Sequence record: SRR20825006_183 | Length of the DNA stretch: 54,348 bases | Reading direction: 5' to 3' (one strand) | Shown here: positions 32,101 to 41,666 of the stretch, in pieces | Position numbering within the stretch: position 1 is the first letter of the stretch | How the letters are laid out: the number at the start of each line of letters is the position of its first letter | The notes under the pieces: model-generated | Database searches by the model: none | What the model saw: only the letters and a program-made list of their open reading frames with translations | What the model was told of the DNA's origin: nothing | Position numbers and translations under genes: made by a program

Positions 32101-34369
32101 TAGAACCATAATTGTTTTTAGAGACTTCACCATAGAAATTAAGAGAGTATTGATACAATCCTTGTGCAAACCCAATACCAGTTGAAGCAATGTAACCAAT
32201 CGCACCATAATTGGGTACTTGAACGAATTGTTCGGACTTTGAATTGCTTAATTGGAAAATATTACCGTTGTAGCAAGAGTTCACAAGCATCAGCGGATAT
32301 TTCCCCGTATTGTTCCAGTTTTCGGGTTCATCTAAGTTGATCTCAAAACCGCTATTTGTTGCTGACGAGTGACCGAAATAACTGAGAATACTTACTCCCT
32401 CTGAGATTCTATCTGTAATAGAAGAAAGAACGGTTGGATCCAACGGATTACTATTGTTCTTGTAAACATTCATCACATTTCCACCAAAAAGACTGTCTTC
32501 AATTCTATCTTTCAAATTCCCCATGTAATATTGAAAAAGAATTTGCTCAGATTGATTTGACCCTCCAGCAAAATGAATAATCTGCTTCTGCCAGTCTTTT
32601 GTTTGCGTGCTGTAAATGTCGCTTTGATTTTGATTCGTTTCGTATTCAACTACTTTATCCAAATAGCTTTGCAATTCTTGATTAGTTCGCGCGGAAATTC
32701 TACCTGTTGGCACAAGAGGCACCCAATTATACGGACCTTCTAATCCAGCGGTGATATCCACGTCACTTGAAGGATGCCCGAAAGAAGGAATAAGCGATTG
32801 TTCGAATCGGCTTGGACTAAAACGCGTTCCAGGTCCGTCCGATGTAAATGAACTATAATTCGCCTCTCTGATCCCCTTTCCCATCAAGAATAATCCGCTT
32901 GGTTTCTGAGCAGAGTTTGTGTTTACAAAATGAGCAAAGCGTCGGATTCCATGAACGTGTTTTTCAACTCCACCGCCAAATTGATCGTATAATTCATCTA
33001 CGTTCGTAAATATGACATTGTAACCACCACCGGCAAGTGAAGATCTATAATTCGCATATTCTTGCGACGCGCTCAACAAACTCTCATGATAAATCATCAA
33101 AAGAGCACTGTCTAATGTCGGGAAATCAGTTAAAAAATTAGTGAAGTTTCCTGTTCCATTTACTGGTTTTACTGCGCTTATCGTTTGAATTAACGTTTGA
33201 TCCTTGTAAACTACCTTTTGTAATGTTGATGATCCATCATTTGGAATAAGTAGAGAATAAATTCCTGATCCATTAGCCGTCATCGGAACGATTCTCGGAA
33301 CGCTCCCTAGTACCATCACAATTGGGTTTGAGAAACCTGCGTTGGCGATATCAAGACGAATTTTACTTTGCCCAGAGGCATTGTCGACAAAAAATGTTCG
33401 GTAACTGACTCCTTGAAAATCTGGGATTTGTGGGAAGCGGAGTTTGTAATAAGTGTATGCCTGAAAATCAGTCAATGCTCCTTGATCATCAATAATGTCG
33501 AATCGAAGTGGAGTATTACCATTCACAAGCTGTGAAGCAGGAAAAGCTCGATCACAACGAATTTGTCTGTATCCAGTGAAAATAGTATCCAATAACGAAA
33601 TCGAAGAACTACCAATTCTCCATCGAAGGTGATGGTTTCCAATTCCTGTAAAAGTAGCATCTGAATTAGAGACACTGAGACCTAAGAATTGTGGTTCTGG
33701 TGCGCCAGCTCCCGTATATGGTGTTGGTGTTAATATTGATAAACTCGCAGTGTATCCGCCGCTAACTCCATTTACTTTTGGAGCTCCCCATCCTTCACCA
33801 GGAACAAAAAAGGAACTGGATGCATCGTCAATTTTTTGACCTTCATGGTATTCTCCAGTTGGAGATGAAACAACGTCGGTTAAAATATAAGGTGATGGTG
33901 TGTATCCAGAAAAATTCACATCAGATTCTTCTACAAAGCGTAAATTGGAGGTGGAAGTATTCCAAGTGAAAAAATAACGTAAAGTATCATTGTAAAGACT
34001 TACTCCAGGATTTCCGATCGTAAGTGGATTGATATATAACGATGAGTCTAACCATCCATCGTTTCGTTCGCCATAAAAGATAAAATAATCCCCAGGATCA
34101 AAACTCATGTCGTTTCCGTCTACCATAAAAAGCGCAACCTCTTTCTCTTTTCCAAATAGTTGAATGTTCTCGGAAGAGAATGTTCCGATTGGAACTCCTG
34201 CATTCTGTAAGGTAGAATAGTCTATTCGGTAAATACCGTCTTGGCTAATTGGGAATGAATAATATTGTTGACCGTAATTGATCCATTCATTGCCGAAAGT
34301 CTGACTTTTTCCATTAAATGAAATCAGCGAAAGTAGAGTGAGTAGTGCTATTTTGGGGATGGGAGACAT
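29189..34369 (-). CDS. C25 (gingipain-family) cysteine peptidase, T9SS sortase PorU-like (PorU2 type) with T9SS C-terminal domain
   Basis: GNEWI N-terminus, GRISA, YFGHS and NSCYNG (His/Cys dyad), LNGDP, CTD NYPNPF...WDG...NGVYLYRV; 1726 aa. Confidence 0.88.
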   Translation of the reverse strand: MSPIPKIALLTLLSLISFNGKSQTFGNEWINYGQQYYSFPISQDGIYRIDYSTLQNAGVPIGTFSSENIQLFGKEKEVALFMVDGNDMSFDPGDYFIFYGERNDGWLDSSLYINPLTIGNPGVSLYNDTLRYFFTWNTSTSNLRFVEESDVNFSGYTPSPYILTDVVSSPTGEYHEGQKIDDASSSFFVPGEGWGAPKVNGVSGGYTASLSILTPTPYTGAGAPEPQFLGLSVSNSDATFTGIGNHHLRWRIGSSSISLLDTIFTGYRQIRCDRAFPASQLVNGNTPLRFDIIDDQGALTDFQAYTYYKLRFPQIPDFQGVSYRTFFVDNASGQSKIRLDIANAGFSNPIVMVLGSVPRIVPMTANGSGIYSLLIPNDGSSTLQKVVYKDQTLIQTISAVKPVNGTGNFTNFLTDFPTLDSALLMIYHESLLSASQEYANYRSSLAGGGYNVIFTNVDELYDQFGGGVEKHVHGIRRFAHFVNTNSAQKPSGLFLMGKGIREANYSSFTSDGPGTRFSPSRFEQSLIPSFGHPSSDVDITAGLEGPYNWVPLVPTGRISARTNQELQSYLDKVVEYETNQNQSDIYSTQTKDWQKQIIHFAGGSNQSEQILFQYYMGNLKDRIEDSLFGGNVMNVYKNNSNPLDPTVLSSITDRISEGVSILSYFGHSSATNSGFEINLDEPENWNNTGKYPLMLVNSCYNGNIFQLSNSKSEQFVQVPNYGAIGYIASTGIGFAQGLYQYSLNFYGEVSKNNYGSTLGEQMKNTIQSIEIGGTSLYLESTCSQMVLNGDPMIRLNHHDRPEIELTSDRVYFTPEDLDLTVDSIEIHIVLTNLGRSVTEPFTLEITRNFPQSIDDSLYTFYISDLNYKDTFSFKMPMQPSIGIGLNTFTIAADIPSQVSEQYDELGNNQISKTLFIDIDGILPVIPWDFAVVPDDSVTVKASTINPIAAFNTYRFEIDTTDLFNSPEHRFATISGYGGVKEVNPSEWLSVSSGMSDPLVCEDSMVYFWRAAIDEPIPNWREFSFQHITGKTGWGQDHFFQFKKNGFNGIDYDRPTRERLFGPNVKELKAGAYASPSEWYLNQWTLNGDYFTDNYGLGNFFDKLHVAVIDPVTLEPWYTRRVSTGSNLNNNFGNNNDNSSWYPDGRPMNIFTFRQDDPVQLDSFQSLIQNRIPDGFHIVIYSPRLTRYDLWNSIDSTDMYDLFTALGSDSINGNLPNRPFAFYAQKGNPASAVEDVGQFDGDNATIETFITGYDYLGSERSTRIGPAAEWGNVYWKQDPLEAALNDSTGLTIRAYDITGSFQFRIDTLFTANDSLLDLNNLVDASQYPYINLEAFYLDSTTFTPSQIDRWHVLYQPLPEAAIDGSTLYTWTHTGDTLEEGETVQFAVDVKNIYSIDMDSLLISYWIEDGNSVIHPIPYTRQDSLRVGQVIRDTVTISTVGLSGINSLWMVVNPYINGSLYVTDQPEQEHFNNVLQLPFFVNPDDRQPLLDVTFNGTHVLNGDIIDPNSEILITLKDDNPFIIMDNISDTTLFGVYLTDPNGLQKRIPFIDATGNTVMQWIPATAQNRRFKILWPSDFKVDGTYTLFVQGADRSGNLSGDLEYRVSFEVIHASTITRMMNYPNPFSTSTRFVFTLTGSEEPDEIIIQIMTVSGRVVREITEDQLGTIRIGRNITEYAWDGTDEFGDPLANGVYLYRVKAQIKGESIEHRDSGADSYFTKDFGKMYLLR

Positions 34370-35485
34370 TTATTCTTTGAGTGAGTTACTGGGTTTATTT
34401 AATTTCAAACGAAGAGAAACAACGTGCGAATAAAGCGCTACGGAAGCATCTCCGATATCTGTGAAAGCATAATCAAGATAAAAATTCTTGAAGCTCAAGC
34501 CAACACCAATATTAGGTTGAATATTAAGCGAAGAATTATCCTGAAAATCCTTAACGTATTGTAAGTTAGTTATTCCTGCGCGAATAGTGACGTAATCTTT
34601 AAATCCAACAGCGATTCCTATATGCGGATCAACAGAAACGAGTCCTGTTCTAACCAATGTATTTCTCTTTCCGTCCGTAGTGACGTCAAGGTCAAGTTCT
34701 CCAGATGCATAAAGACCTTTTTCTCCGATATCAAACTTTTTGTATCCTGCGAAAATAAATCTCGGCAAGGTGAGCTCTAATCCGTTTTCTGGGATTTCAT
34801 TACCAGTATTTAAGAAAACTTCTCTGGTTTCGTTATCAAGAGTAAACACCCATGCGTTAAACGTAGAAGTTACGTCTCGCGCCATCGCTCCAAATTTCCA
34901 ATTGCTCTTAGTTTCGTATTGAAAGCCGGCATCTATTCCAAAGCCCCAAGATTTCGCGAAATCTCCTACTTTTCTATGAATGATTTTAGCCGTTCCACCA
35001 ACACTCATTCCTTCAATATTCAATTTTCTCGCATAAGAAAACAAAAAGGCATAGTCTGCTGCGGTAAATGTTGTTATTCTATCGTAGTCAATGTTTCCAT
35101 TATTGTCAATCAACTGGGTCGTATTCGGGATATCATCAACAGCGAAGCGAATTGCTGTAAATCCAATTGAACTCTTCTCATCGATTGAATGCGCAAGTCC
35201 TAAATAATCATACTTAGCAATTCCTGCGAAGTATTCTGAGTGCATTAGTCCGACTTCTAACCATTTATCCACTTTCGTTAAGCCTGCTGGATTCCAATAA
35301 CCAGACTGCACACCGCCTGTTTGGGCGACTACTGCGTTTCCAAAACCAAGCGCATCAGCACCAACACCAATTGCTAAAAATTCGTTCGAATATTTTGGGG
35401 CAATTGTTTCTGTAAGTTCCGTTTGACCGAAAGTCGCATGAGCAGAAAGTAGAATGCTAAGCGTTAAAATGGGGTATGTTCTCAT
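34370..35485 (-). CDS. PorV/PorQ-family T9SS outer-membrane barrel (PorV2 type)
   Basis: KYSNEFLAIGVGA, YWNPAGL, MHSEYFAG, DYAF motifs; start ATG 35485. Confidence 0.88.
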   Translation of the reverse strand: MRTYPILTLSILLSAHATFGQTELTETIAPKYSNEFLAIGVGADALGFGNAVVAQTGGVQSGYWNPAGLTKVDKWLEVGLMHSEYFAGIAKYDYLGLAHSIDEKSSIGFTAIRFAVDDIPNTTQLIDNNGNIDYDRITTFTAADYAFLFSYARKLNIEGMSVGGTAKIIHRKVGDFAKSWGFGIDAGFQYETKSNWKFGAMARDVTSTFNAWVFTLDNETREVFLNTGNEIPENGLELTLPRFIFAGYKKFDIGEKGLYASGELDLDVTTDGKRNTLVRTGLVSVDPHIGIAVGFKDYVTIRAGITNLQYVKDFQDNSSLNIQPNIGVGLSFKNFYLDYAFTDIGDASVALYSHVVSLRLKLNKPSNSLKE

Positions 35486-35631
35486 AGTATCTTTTGTAGA
35501 AAATGTAGTGCTATAACAACTTTTTCTTCCAAAAATTGTGTTCTTTGCAACAAGTTCTACGTTCATTAAGACGTAAAAATAAACCTTATTGTACATTTAT
35601 TAACGCTAAAATTATTTTTTCGCACTTGCCA

Positions 35632-36423
35632 ATGTTCAATCTAGCAAATTTATTTACCGCAGCCAATATGCTGTCAGGTCTATTAGCCATACTTCTCGCG
35701 CTTGCAGGAAGAATTGATTTGGCGCCATTCGCAGTCTTCGCTGGAGCGATTTTCGATTTTCTCGACGGTTTTGTCGCAAGAAAGCTAAAAATTGCAGGTG
35801 AAATGGGCAAGCAATTGGATTCTCTCGCTGATATGGTAACATTTGGCATAGCTCCTGGGATTATCATGTTGGTGATACTTACGCCAGTGAGCACGTTTTG
35901 GATTTTGGATGGAGATTTAAGTTCTCTCAATTATTTGGATGAGATAGAGTGGAGTGGGTGGACAAGAGATATGTTTTCATTTAAAAGTTCCAATTTTTTT
36001 CCTTTCATAGCTTTTCTAATTCCTTTCTTTTCACTTTTTCGCTTGGCGAAGTTTAACATTGATAAACGACAATCCGAATCATTTATAGGACTTCCAACAC
36101 CGGCGAATACACTTTTTTTTATGTCTTTTCCACTCTCCATGTGTTATGGCGATCAGGAAGGGATAATGAGAAACGTGCATGAATGGATGTTTCATCCAGT
36201 GGTGATGTCAATTTTCATTGTAATTATGAGTGTAATGCTCGTGTCGGAATTGCCATTATTTTCACTAAAGTTCAAGACTTTTGGATGGGCAGGGAATCAA
36301 ATTCGGTATATTTTCTTGTTAATAAGTTTAGCATTTATTGTGCTTTTTACCGTGTGGTCTCTCGCTTTAATCGTATTTTTGTACCTGATTTTATCACTTG
36401 TAGAAACGAAATTCGTAAAATAG
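35632..36423 (+). CDS. pssA: CDP-diacylglycerol-serine O-phosphatidyltransferase
   Basis: DFLDGFVAR..GKQLDSLAD..FG.AP, RLAKFN, FIGLPTPA; start ATG 35632. Confidence 0.9.
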   Translation: MFNLANLFTAANMLSGLLAILLALAGRIDLAPFAVFAGAIFDFLDGFVARKLKIAGEMGKQLDSLADMVTFGIAPGIIMLVILTPVSTFWILDGDLSSLNYLDEIEWSGWTRDMFSFKSSNFFPFIAFLIPFFSLFRLAKFNIDKRQSESFIGLPTPANTLFFMSFPLSMCYGDQEGIMRNVHEWMFHPVVMSIFIVIMSVMLVSELPLFSLKFKTFGWAGNQIRYIFLLISLAFIVLFTVWSLALIVFLYLILSLVETKFVK

Positions 36424-36430
36424 AAACGGA

Positions 36431-36682
36431 ATGAAATTTAAAGCGGAAATTGATGTGATGCCACTAGATGCCTTGTTAGATCCTCAAGGAAAGGCAGTAA
36501 CTGGAAGTATGAAGACGATTGGCCTAGAGGCGATTGATGGTGTTCGTATCGGTAAGCACATTCGACTATTTGTTGAGGCTTCAACTAAGGAAGAAGCAAG
36601 TTCAAAGGTAGATGAGGCATGTAAAAAGTTGCTATCGAACCAAATCATGGAAAGTTATTCTTTCGAATTAGAGCAAGCGTAA
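36431..36682 (+). CDS. purS: Phosphoribosylformylglycinamidine synthase subunit PurS
   Basis: LDPQGKAV, VRIGK, LLSNQIME motifs; 83 aa. Confidence 0.95.
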   Translation: MKFKAEIDVMPLDALLDPQGKAVTGSMKTIGLEAIDGVRIGKHIRLFVEASTKEEASSKVDEACKKLLSNQIMESYSFELEQA

Positions 36683-36798
36683 GCGTAGCTGAGCGCAGTT
36701 AGTCTAAACTAATAATCAATTAAATCACAAGGGGAAACGAAATAAATTTCATTTTTTTTCGTTATCCTTGAAAGTGAAATTTTCCAAATTCAAGCGTT

Positions 36799-37761
36799 AT
36801 GTCTGATATAGAACAAACTCCAAAGAAAAATAATAATGGTGCTTTTATCGCGGTGATTCTTCTTTTACTAGTAGGTCTCGGTGTTATGTCTTATTTGTGG
36901 TCCTCCAAGAATTCTGAATTGAATGATTGTACGACAGACAATGAAATGCTCAATGCTGATATGAATGGTATGAATGAAATGCTTCAGGGATATGTTGGCT
37001 CGATGTCCAATGATCTGAAAACGGATTTCAAGAATATGTTGGAAACGTATGACGCATTATTAGAGAAAGATAAAACTCAAGCAGATAGCATCAATGCACA
37101 GAAAGCAAAAATTGGTGAATTGCTAGAGCAAATCGAAAGTGGAAAGAAATTAACTGCTCGTCAGTTGTTCCTTTTGCGTAAAGAAAATGAAACGTTGCGC
37201 GATATCATGAAAGGATACATCGTTCAAATTGATTCTTTGAATACATTGAACTTGAAATTGACTTCTGATTTGGACTCAACAAAAACAAAATTAACTTCAA
37301 CGGCTGCAGAGCGTGAGCAATACAAACAAGATGCTGAAGTGAAAGGGGACTTGATTGCGAAAGGATCTAAGTTGAATGCGTATGCGTTTTCTTCGATGGC
37401 TTTAAAATCTAAGTTGAATAACACAATGACTGAAACGAATCGTGCTAATAATGCACTTCAGATAGTTTCTAGTTTCTCTATTGGTGAGAATAAAATCGCT
37501 ACGGCTGGAAGTAAATCAGTTTACATGCGTATTATCACTCCCGACGGAAAAACATTGCAAGGTCGTTCTGGAAATGTAGTAAGTACTGAAAATGGGCAAG
37601 TTCCTTATTCAGATAAAAAAGATATTCAATACAACAATGAGAGCATTGATGTATCAATTTATTATTCACTAAACGGAGAAGAGATTCCAAAAGGAAACTA
37701 TCAAGTGAAGATCTACTGTCAGGGACAATTGATCGGATCGGATAGCTTCACGCTAAAATAG
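36799..37761 (+). CDS. Membrane-anchored coiled-coil protein with C-terminal Ig-like domain
   Basis: N-terminal TM, long heptad region, YMRIITPDG..., KGNYQV..IG...FTLK C-terminus. Confidence 0.7.
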   Translation: MSDIEQTPKKNNNGAFIAVILLLLVGLGVMSYLWSSKNSELNDCTTDNEMLNADMNGMNEMLQGYVGSMSNDLKTDFKNMLETYDALLEKDKTQADSINAQKAKIGELLEQIESGKKLTARQLFLLRKENETLRDIMKGYIVQIDSLNTLNLKLTSDLDSTKTKLTSTAAEREQYKQDAEVKGDLIAKGSKLNAYAFSSMALKSKLNNTMTETNRANNALQIVSSFSIGENKIATAGSKSVYMRIITPDGKTLQGRSGNVVSTENGQVPYSDKKDIQYNNESIDVSIYYSLNGEEIPKGNYQVKIYCQGQLIGSDSFTLK

Positions 37762-37769
37762 GTTAGGTA

Positions 37770-38162
37770 ATGGTTAATATTTTTATTGCAAATCTTGATT
37801 GGGAAATTACGTCAGACGACTTGATGTCCACATTTTCAAGCTTTGGAAAAGTAACGTATGCTCATGTTGTGTACGATAAAGCCACAAAAAAGTCGAAGGG
37901 ATTCGGTTACATTGAAATGGAAAGCAGCGATCACGCGATCAATGCTATAGAAGCGTTGCAAGGCGTGGAGGTGAATGGAAGAAAGATTGATGTGAAGATT
38001 GCATCACCAAAAGCCAATAGACCTGCCAAAAAGCCGCAAGCTGAAAAGAAACCATTCGCTAAAAAACCATTTGGAAATAAACCAGGAGGAAACAGAACTG
38101 GTGGAGGTGGTGATTACCGTGGGCCAAATAAAAATTATTCAAAACCAAATCATTCTAAGTAA
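37770..38162 (+). CDS. RRM (RNP-1) RNA-binding protein
   Basis: RNP2 IFIANL, RNP1 KGFGYIEM, Gly/Lys-rich tail. Confidence 0.92.
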   Translation: MVNIFIANLDWEITSDDLMSTFSSFGKVTYAHVVYDKATKKSKGFGYIEMESSDHAINAIEALQGVEVNGRKIDVKIASPKANRPAKKPQAEKKPFAKKPFGNKPGGNRTGGGGDYRGPNKNYSKPNHSK

Positions 38163-38935
38163 TGAGTGAAGCTGTTGATCAAGGGCATGTGAATGTCTCT
38201 CTGAATGACTCGGGAGTTGCAACAATTGAGTTTGGACATCCTTTGAGTAATTCTCTACCTGGAAAAATTCTACAAAAACTAGCAGACACGATTACTGAAC
38301 AAGGTAATAGAGACGAAGTAAAAGTCATCATACTTAAGTCGGAAGGTGATCGTGCATTTTGCGCTGGAGCAAGTTTCGACGAGTTAATTTCAATTAAAGA
38401 TTTGGCAACAGGAAAAGAATTCTTTTCTGGATTTGCAAAAGTAATTAACGCATGTAGAAAGTGTGAAAAGTTAATTATTGGCCGAGTACACGGAAAAGCC
38501 GTTGGCGGTGGAGTAGGTGTTGCTTCCGCTGTTGATTATTGTTACGCAACGCGCTATGCAGATGTTAAATTATCTGAGTTGGCCGTTGGGATTGGACCTT
38601 TTGTTGTTGGACCAGCTGTTCAGCGAAAAATGGGAATGTCTGCAATGAGTCAATTGGCAATTAATGCTACCGAATGGCGATCTGCGCAATGGGCGTATGA
38701 AAATGGTCTGTTCGCAGAGGTTTTTGATACAATAGAAGAAATGGATCAGCAGATTAATGAGCTGGCTTCGACATTATCAAAATCCAACCCAGAGGCAATG
38801 AGAATGCTTAAGAAGATCTTTTGGGAAGGAACTGAGGATTGGGATACATTATTAATTGAACGCGCTGAAATGAGCGGTAAATTAGTTCTTTCCGATTTTA
38901 CAGTGAATGCAATCAATAAGTTCAAGAAGAAGTAA
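38162..38935 (+). CDS. Enoyl-CoA hydratase/isomerase (methylglutaconyl-CoA hydratase-like)
   Basis: FCAGA, AVGGGVG, LSELAVGI crotonase motifs. Confidence 0.9.
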   Translation: MSEAVDQGHVNVSLNDSGVATIEFGHPLSNSLPGKILQKLADTITEQGNRDEVKVIILKSEGDRAFCAGASFDELISIKDLATGKEFFSGFAKVINACRKCEKLIIGRVHGKAVGGGVGVASAVDYCYATRYADVKLSELAVGIGPFVVGPAVQRKMGMSAMSQLAINATEWRSAQWAYENGLFAEVFDTIEEMDQQINELASTLSKSNPEAMRMLKKIFWEGTEDWDTLLIERAEMSGKLVLSDFTVNAINKFKKK

Positions 38936-38960
38936 GCGTTTCTAACACATTTTCTCGACT

Positions 38961-39660
38961 TTATTCGTAAAGGTTCAATCGACGAACTAAGAATCCTTGG
39001 GGTCCAAATAAAAGGATTCCGTCAGTTCCAATTCCTATTACCATATTGTTTTCATCCAACTTTTGCCCGATGGAATACTTGCAATTGGGAATGTCTTTCA
39101 TTACATAAAGTTGACTGAGTGATACCGTTTTAATCCGTGTATCCTGCTTATAGCCCACGAATAAAACATGCGCTCTTTCTGGGTTCTTACTTGAAAAACC
39201 TTGAATAACACCGTACTTGTTCGTTTCTTTAGAGCATACTGAGTCGCCAATAGAAAAGATCGAAGCGCTGTGGTTGCTTGGGTTTATCTTCGCAAGATAG
39301 GTTGAACTACAAAATAACTTCGTTAGAATCTTTCTTTGGACGAACAACATCCGCAATAATGGTAATTTTCGTCTTGTACCCAAAAACATAGAAGCTGCGT
39401 TTAACATCCATTGACATCATTCCGTAGCGCTCATTCTCCACCAAAGGACGATTGGCGTATAAACTTCTCCGAGCGTCATAAATGAGGGCGTCTTTTTTTA
39501 TTCCGCCCAAGCCTAAAAAATGATTGGGTGTAGAAACACCAAGAGCAACGTCTTCGTGAACAACAGAATCGGTAGAAGGTGATCCAATCAAATTTCCGGA
39601 ATGTATGGCACAGGAGGAGAGAATAGAAAAGATGACAAAGCAATAAATGAGAATGCGCAT
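38961..39660 (-). pseudogene. DUF6567-like lipoprotein gene split by a +1 frameshift near 39310-39316 (or a sequencing error)
   Basis: ORF 39307-39660 (lipobox LSSC, LGLGG, ADVV) stops at ATT TTG TAG; the +1 frame stays open to 38961; removing one base gives a 232-aa protein. Confidence 0.65.
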
Positions 39661-39781
39661 AATGTGAGTTTAGGGTATAATTTTAATCGAGAAAAATAGA
39701 AGAGAAAATGATTTAAAAATGTCCTTTTTTTCAGTTAAATTTAAAATCCAAACGGAAAACCCATCTTTTATTCCAAAAGGG

Positions 39782-39812
39782 TTTGTTAATAAAAACAGAA
39801 ATTATATCTTTG
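39782..39812 (+). promoter_or_regulatory. Bacteroidota sigma70 promoter of the rplM operon
   Basis: TTTG (39782-39785), 19-nt spacer, TATCTTTG (39805-39812); followed by a small cccc...gggg hairpin. Confidence 0.8.
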
Positions 39813-39857
39813 CAGCCCCATTTTGGGGAAATTGTCTTATTATAAATAAATAGAACT

Positions 39858-40313
39858 GTGGATACATTAAGTTACAAAACCGTTTCCGCCAACAAAGAAA
39901 CTGCTGATAAAAAGTGGTTTGTGGTGGATGCTGAAGGCCAAACAGTTGGTCGTTTAGCGAGCAAGGTGGCTAAAGTGATTCGTGGTAAGCACAAACCGAA
40001 TTTCACACCTCATGCAGATTGCGGAGATAACGTTATCGTTATCAATGCAGAGAAAGTTTCTTTCTCAGGAGCAAAATTGGTGGATAAGAAGTATGTTCGC
40101 TACACGGGTTACCCAGGAGGTCAGCGCTTTACATCTGCTGAAGAGATGTTAAAGAAGAATCCAGAACGTCTTATCGAGAAGGCTATCAAAGGGATGCTTC
40201 CAAAAAACAAACTTGGACGCCAGTTATTTACTAACCTTAAGGTATGTAAAGGAACTCAGCACAAGCAAGAGGCCCAAAAGCCTGAAGTATTAAACCTTGA
40301 TACATTCAAATAA
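39858..40313 (+). CDS. rplM: 50S ribosomal protein L13
   Basis: WFVVDAEG..GRLAS, GKHKP.FTPH.DCGD, YTGYPGG, GMLPKN; GTG start. Confidence 0.99.
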   Translation: MDTLSYKTVSANKETADKKWFVVDAEGQTVGRLASKVAKVIRGKHKPNFTPHADCGDNVIVINAEKVSFSGAKLVDKKYVRYTGYPGGQRFTSAEEMLKKNPERLIEKAIKGMLPKNKLGRQLFTNLKVCKGTQHKQEAQKPEVLNLDTFK

Positions 40314-40315
40314 GC

Positions 40316-40702
40316 ATGGAAGTAATAAACACATTAGGAAGAAGAAAAACAGCGGTTGCCCGTGTCTACATGACAAAAGGGAAAGGAACCGTTACTGTTA
40401 ACAAACGTGATTACAAGGAGTTTTTCCCTGTAGCCGTTCTTCAATCAAAAATCACTCAGCCGTTTGAATTAACTGACACAGTTGGACAGTACGATGTTAC
40501 TGTTAACGTAGGTGGCGGTGGAATCAACGGACAAGTAGAAGCGATTCGATTAGGAATCTCTCGTGCTTTGGTGAAAGTTAGTGAAGAAAACAAACCTTTG
40601 TTGAAAGAAGAAGGATTAATGACACGTGATCCACGTATGGTCGAGCGTAAGAAGCCTGGTCAACCGAAAGCACGTAAGAAATTCCAATTCTCTAAGCGTT
40701 AA
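40316..40702 (+). CDS. rpsI: 30S ribosomal protein S9
   Basis: GRRKTAVARV, GGG..GQ, TRDPRMVERKK, QFSKR. Confidence 0.99.
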   Translation: MEVINTLGRRKTAVARVYMTKGKGTVTVNKRDYKEFFPVAVLQSKITQPFELTDTVGQYDVTVNVGGGGINGQVEAIRLGISRALVKVSEENKPLLKEEGLMTRDPRMVERKKPGQPKARKKFQFSKR

Positions 40703-40749
40703 TCAATATTTGGCTTTCGTCGAAGGACGATCGCTTATTTTGACGGTTG

Positions 40750-40814
40750 TTTAGTATCCAAGCTCAAGAGTACTGTTCGTCTGATGACGGATCCCTTTTG
40801 AACTGATTACTAAA
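40750..40814 (+). promoter_or_regulatory. Structured leader upstream of rpsB (putative S2 autoregulatory element)
   Basis: Nested stems tttagta/tactaaa, tcaagag/cttttga, ttcgtc-tgat-gacgga. Confidence 0.5.
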
Positions 40815-40842
40815 GGAACGTAAACAATTATAAAGAAACAAA

Positions 40843-41640
40843 ATGTCAAAAGCAAACTTTGAACAATTATTACAAGCAGGTGTTCACTTTGGACACTTGA
40901 AAAGAAAATGGAACCCGGCAATGGCGCCGTATATCTTTGAAGAGAAAAAAGGTATCCACATTATCGACCTTAATAAGACAATTGCACATCTTGACCAAGC
41001 TAGTGCGGCTCTAAAGCAAATTGCAAAGTCGGGTAAGAAAATTCTTTTCGTAGCAACAAAAAAACAAGCGAAAGATATCATCGCTGAGAAAGTAAAAGCA
41101 ATCAACATGCCTTACGTTACTGAACGTTGGTCTGGTGGAATGCTTACAAACTTCCAAACTACACGTAAGTCTATCCGTAAAATGACGTCAATCGACAAAA
41201 TGCAAACGGATGGTACTTGGGCAACTTTGAACAAACGTGAGCGTTTATTCAAAACTCGTCAACGTGAGAAATTGGAGAAAAACTTTGGATCAATCGCTGA
41301 CATGACTCGTCAACCAGCTGCATTGTTCATCGTGGATATCACAAAAGAGCACATCGCATTGAAAGAAGCGAAACGTTTGAACATTCCAATTTTTGGAATG
41401 GTGGATACGAATTCAAACCCTAAATTGGTTGATTTCCCTATCCCAGCAAATGATGATGCTACTCGTTCGATTTCAATCATTATGGATCAAATTTGTGCTG
41501 CAATTACTGAAGGTCTTCAAGATCGTAAAAATTCGAAAGAAGCAGTAGCAGAAGAAGTTGAAACAGAAGAAATCGTTGAGAAAAAGTCTAAAATCGAATT
41601 GATGGACGACGAAGAAACTAAAGTTTCTACAAAAAAATAA
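40843..41640 (+). CDS. rpsB: 30S ribosomal protein S2
   Basis: AGVHFGH, WNP.M, RWSGGMLTN, DTN, PANDD. Confidence 0.99.
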   Translation: MSKANFEQLLQAGVHFGHLKRKWNPAMAPYIFEEKKGIHIIDLNKTIAHLDQASAALKQIAKSGKKILFVATKKQAKDIIAEKVKAINMPYVTERWSGGMLTNFQTTRKSIRKMTSIDKMQTDGTWATLNKRERLFKTRQREKLEKNFGSIADMTRQPAALFIVDITKEHIALKEAKRLNIPIFGMVDTNSNPKLVDFPIPANDDATRSISIIMDQICAAITEGLQDRKNSKEAVAEEVETEEIVEKKSKIELMDDEETKVSTKK

Positions 41641-41666
41641 GTTAATTATTCAATATCCAATTATTT

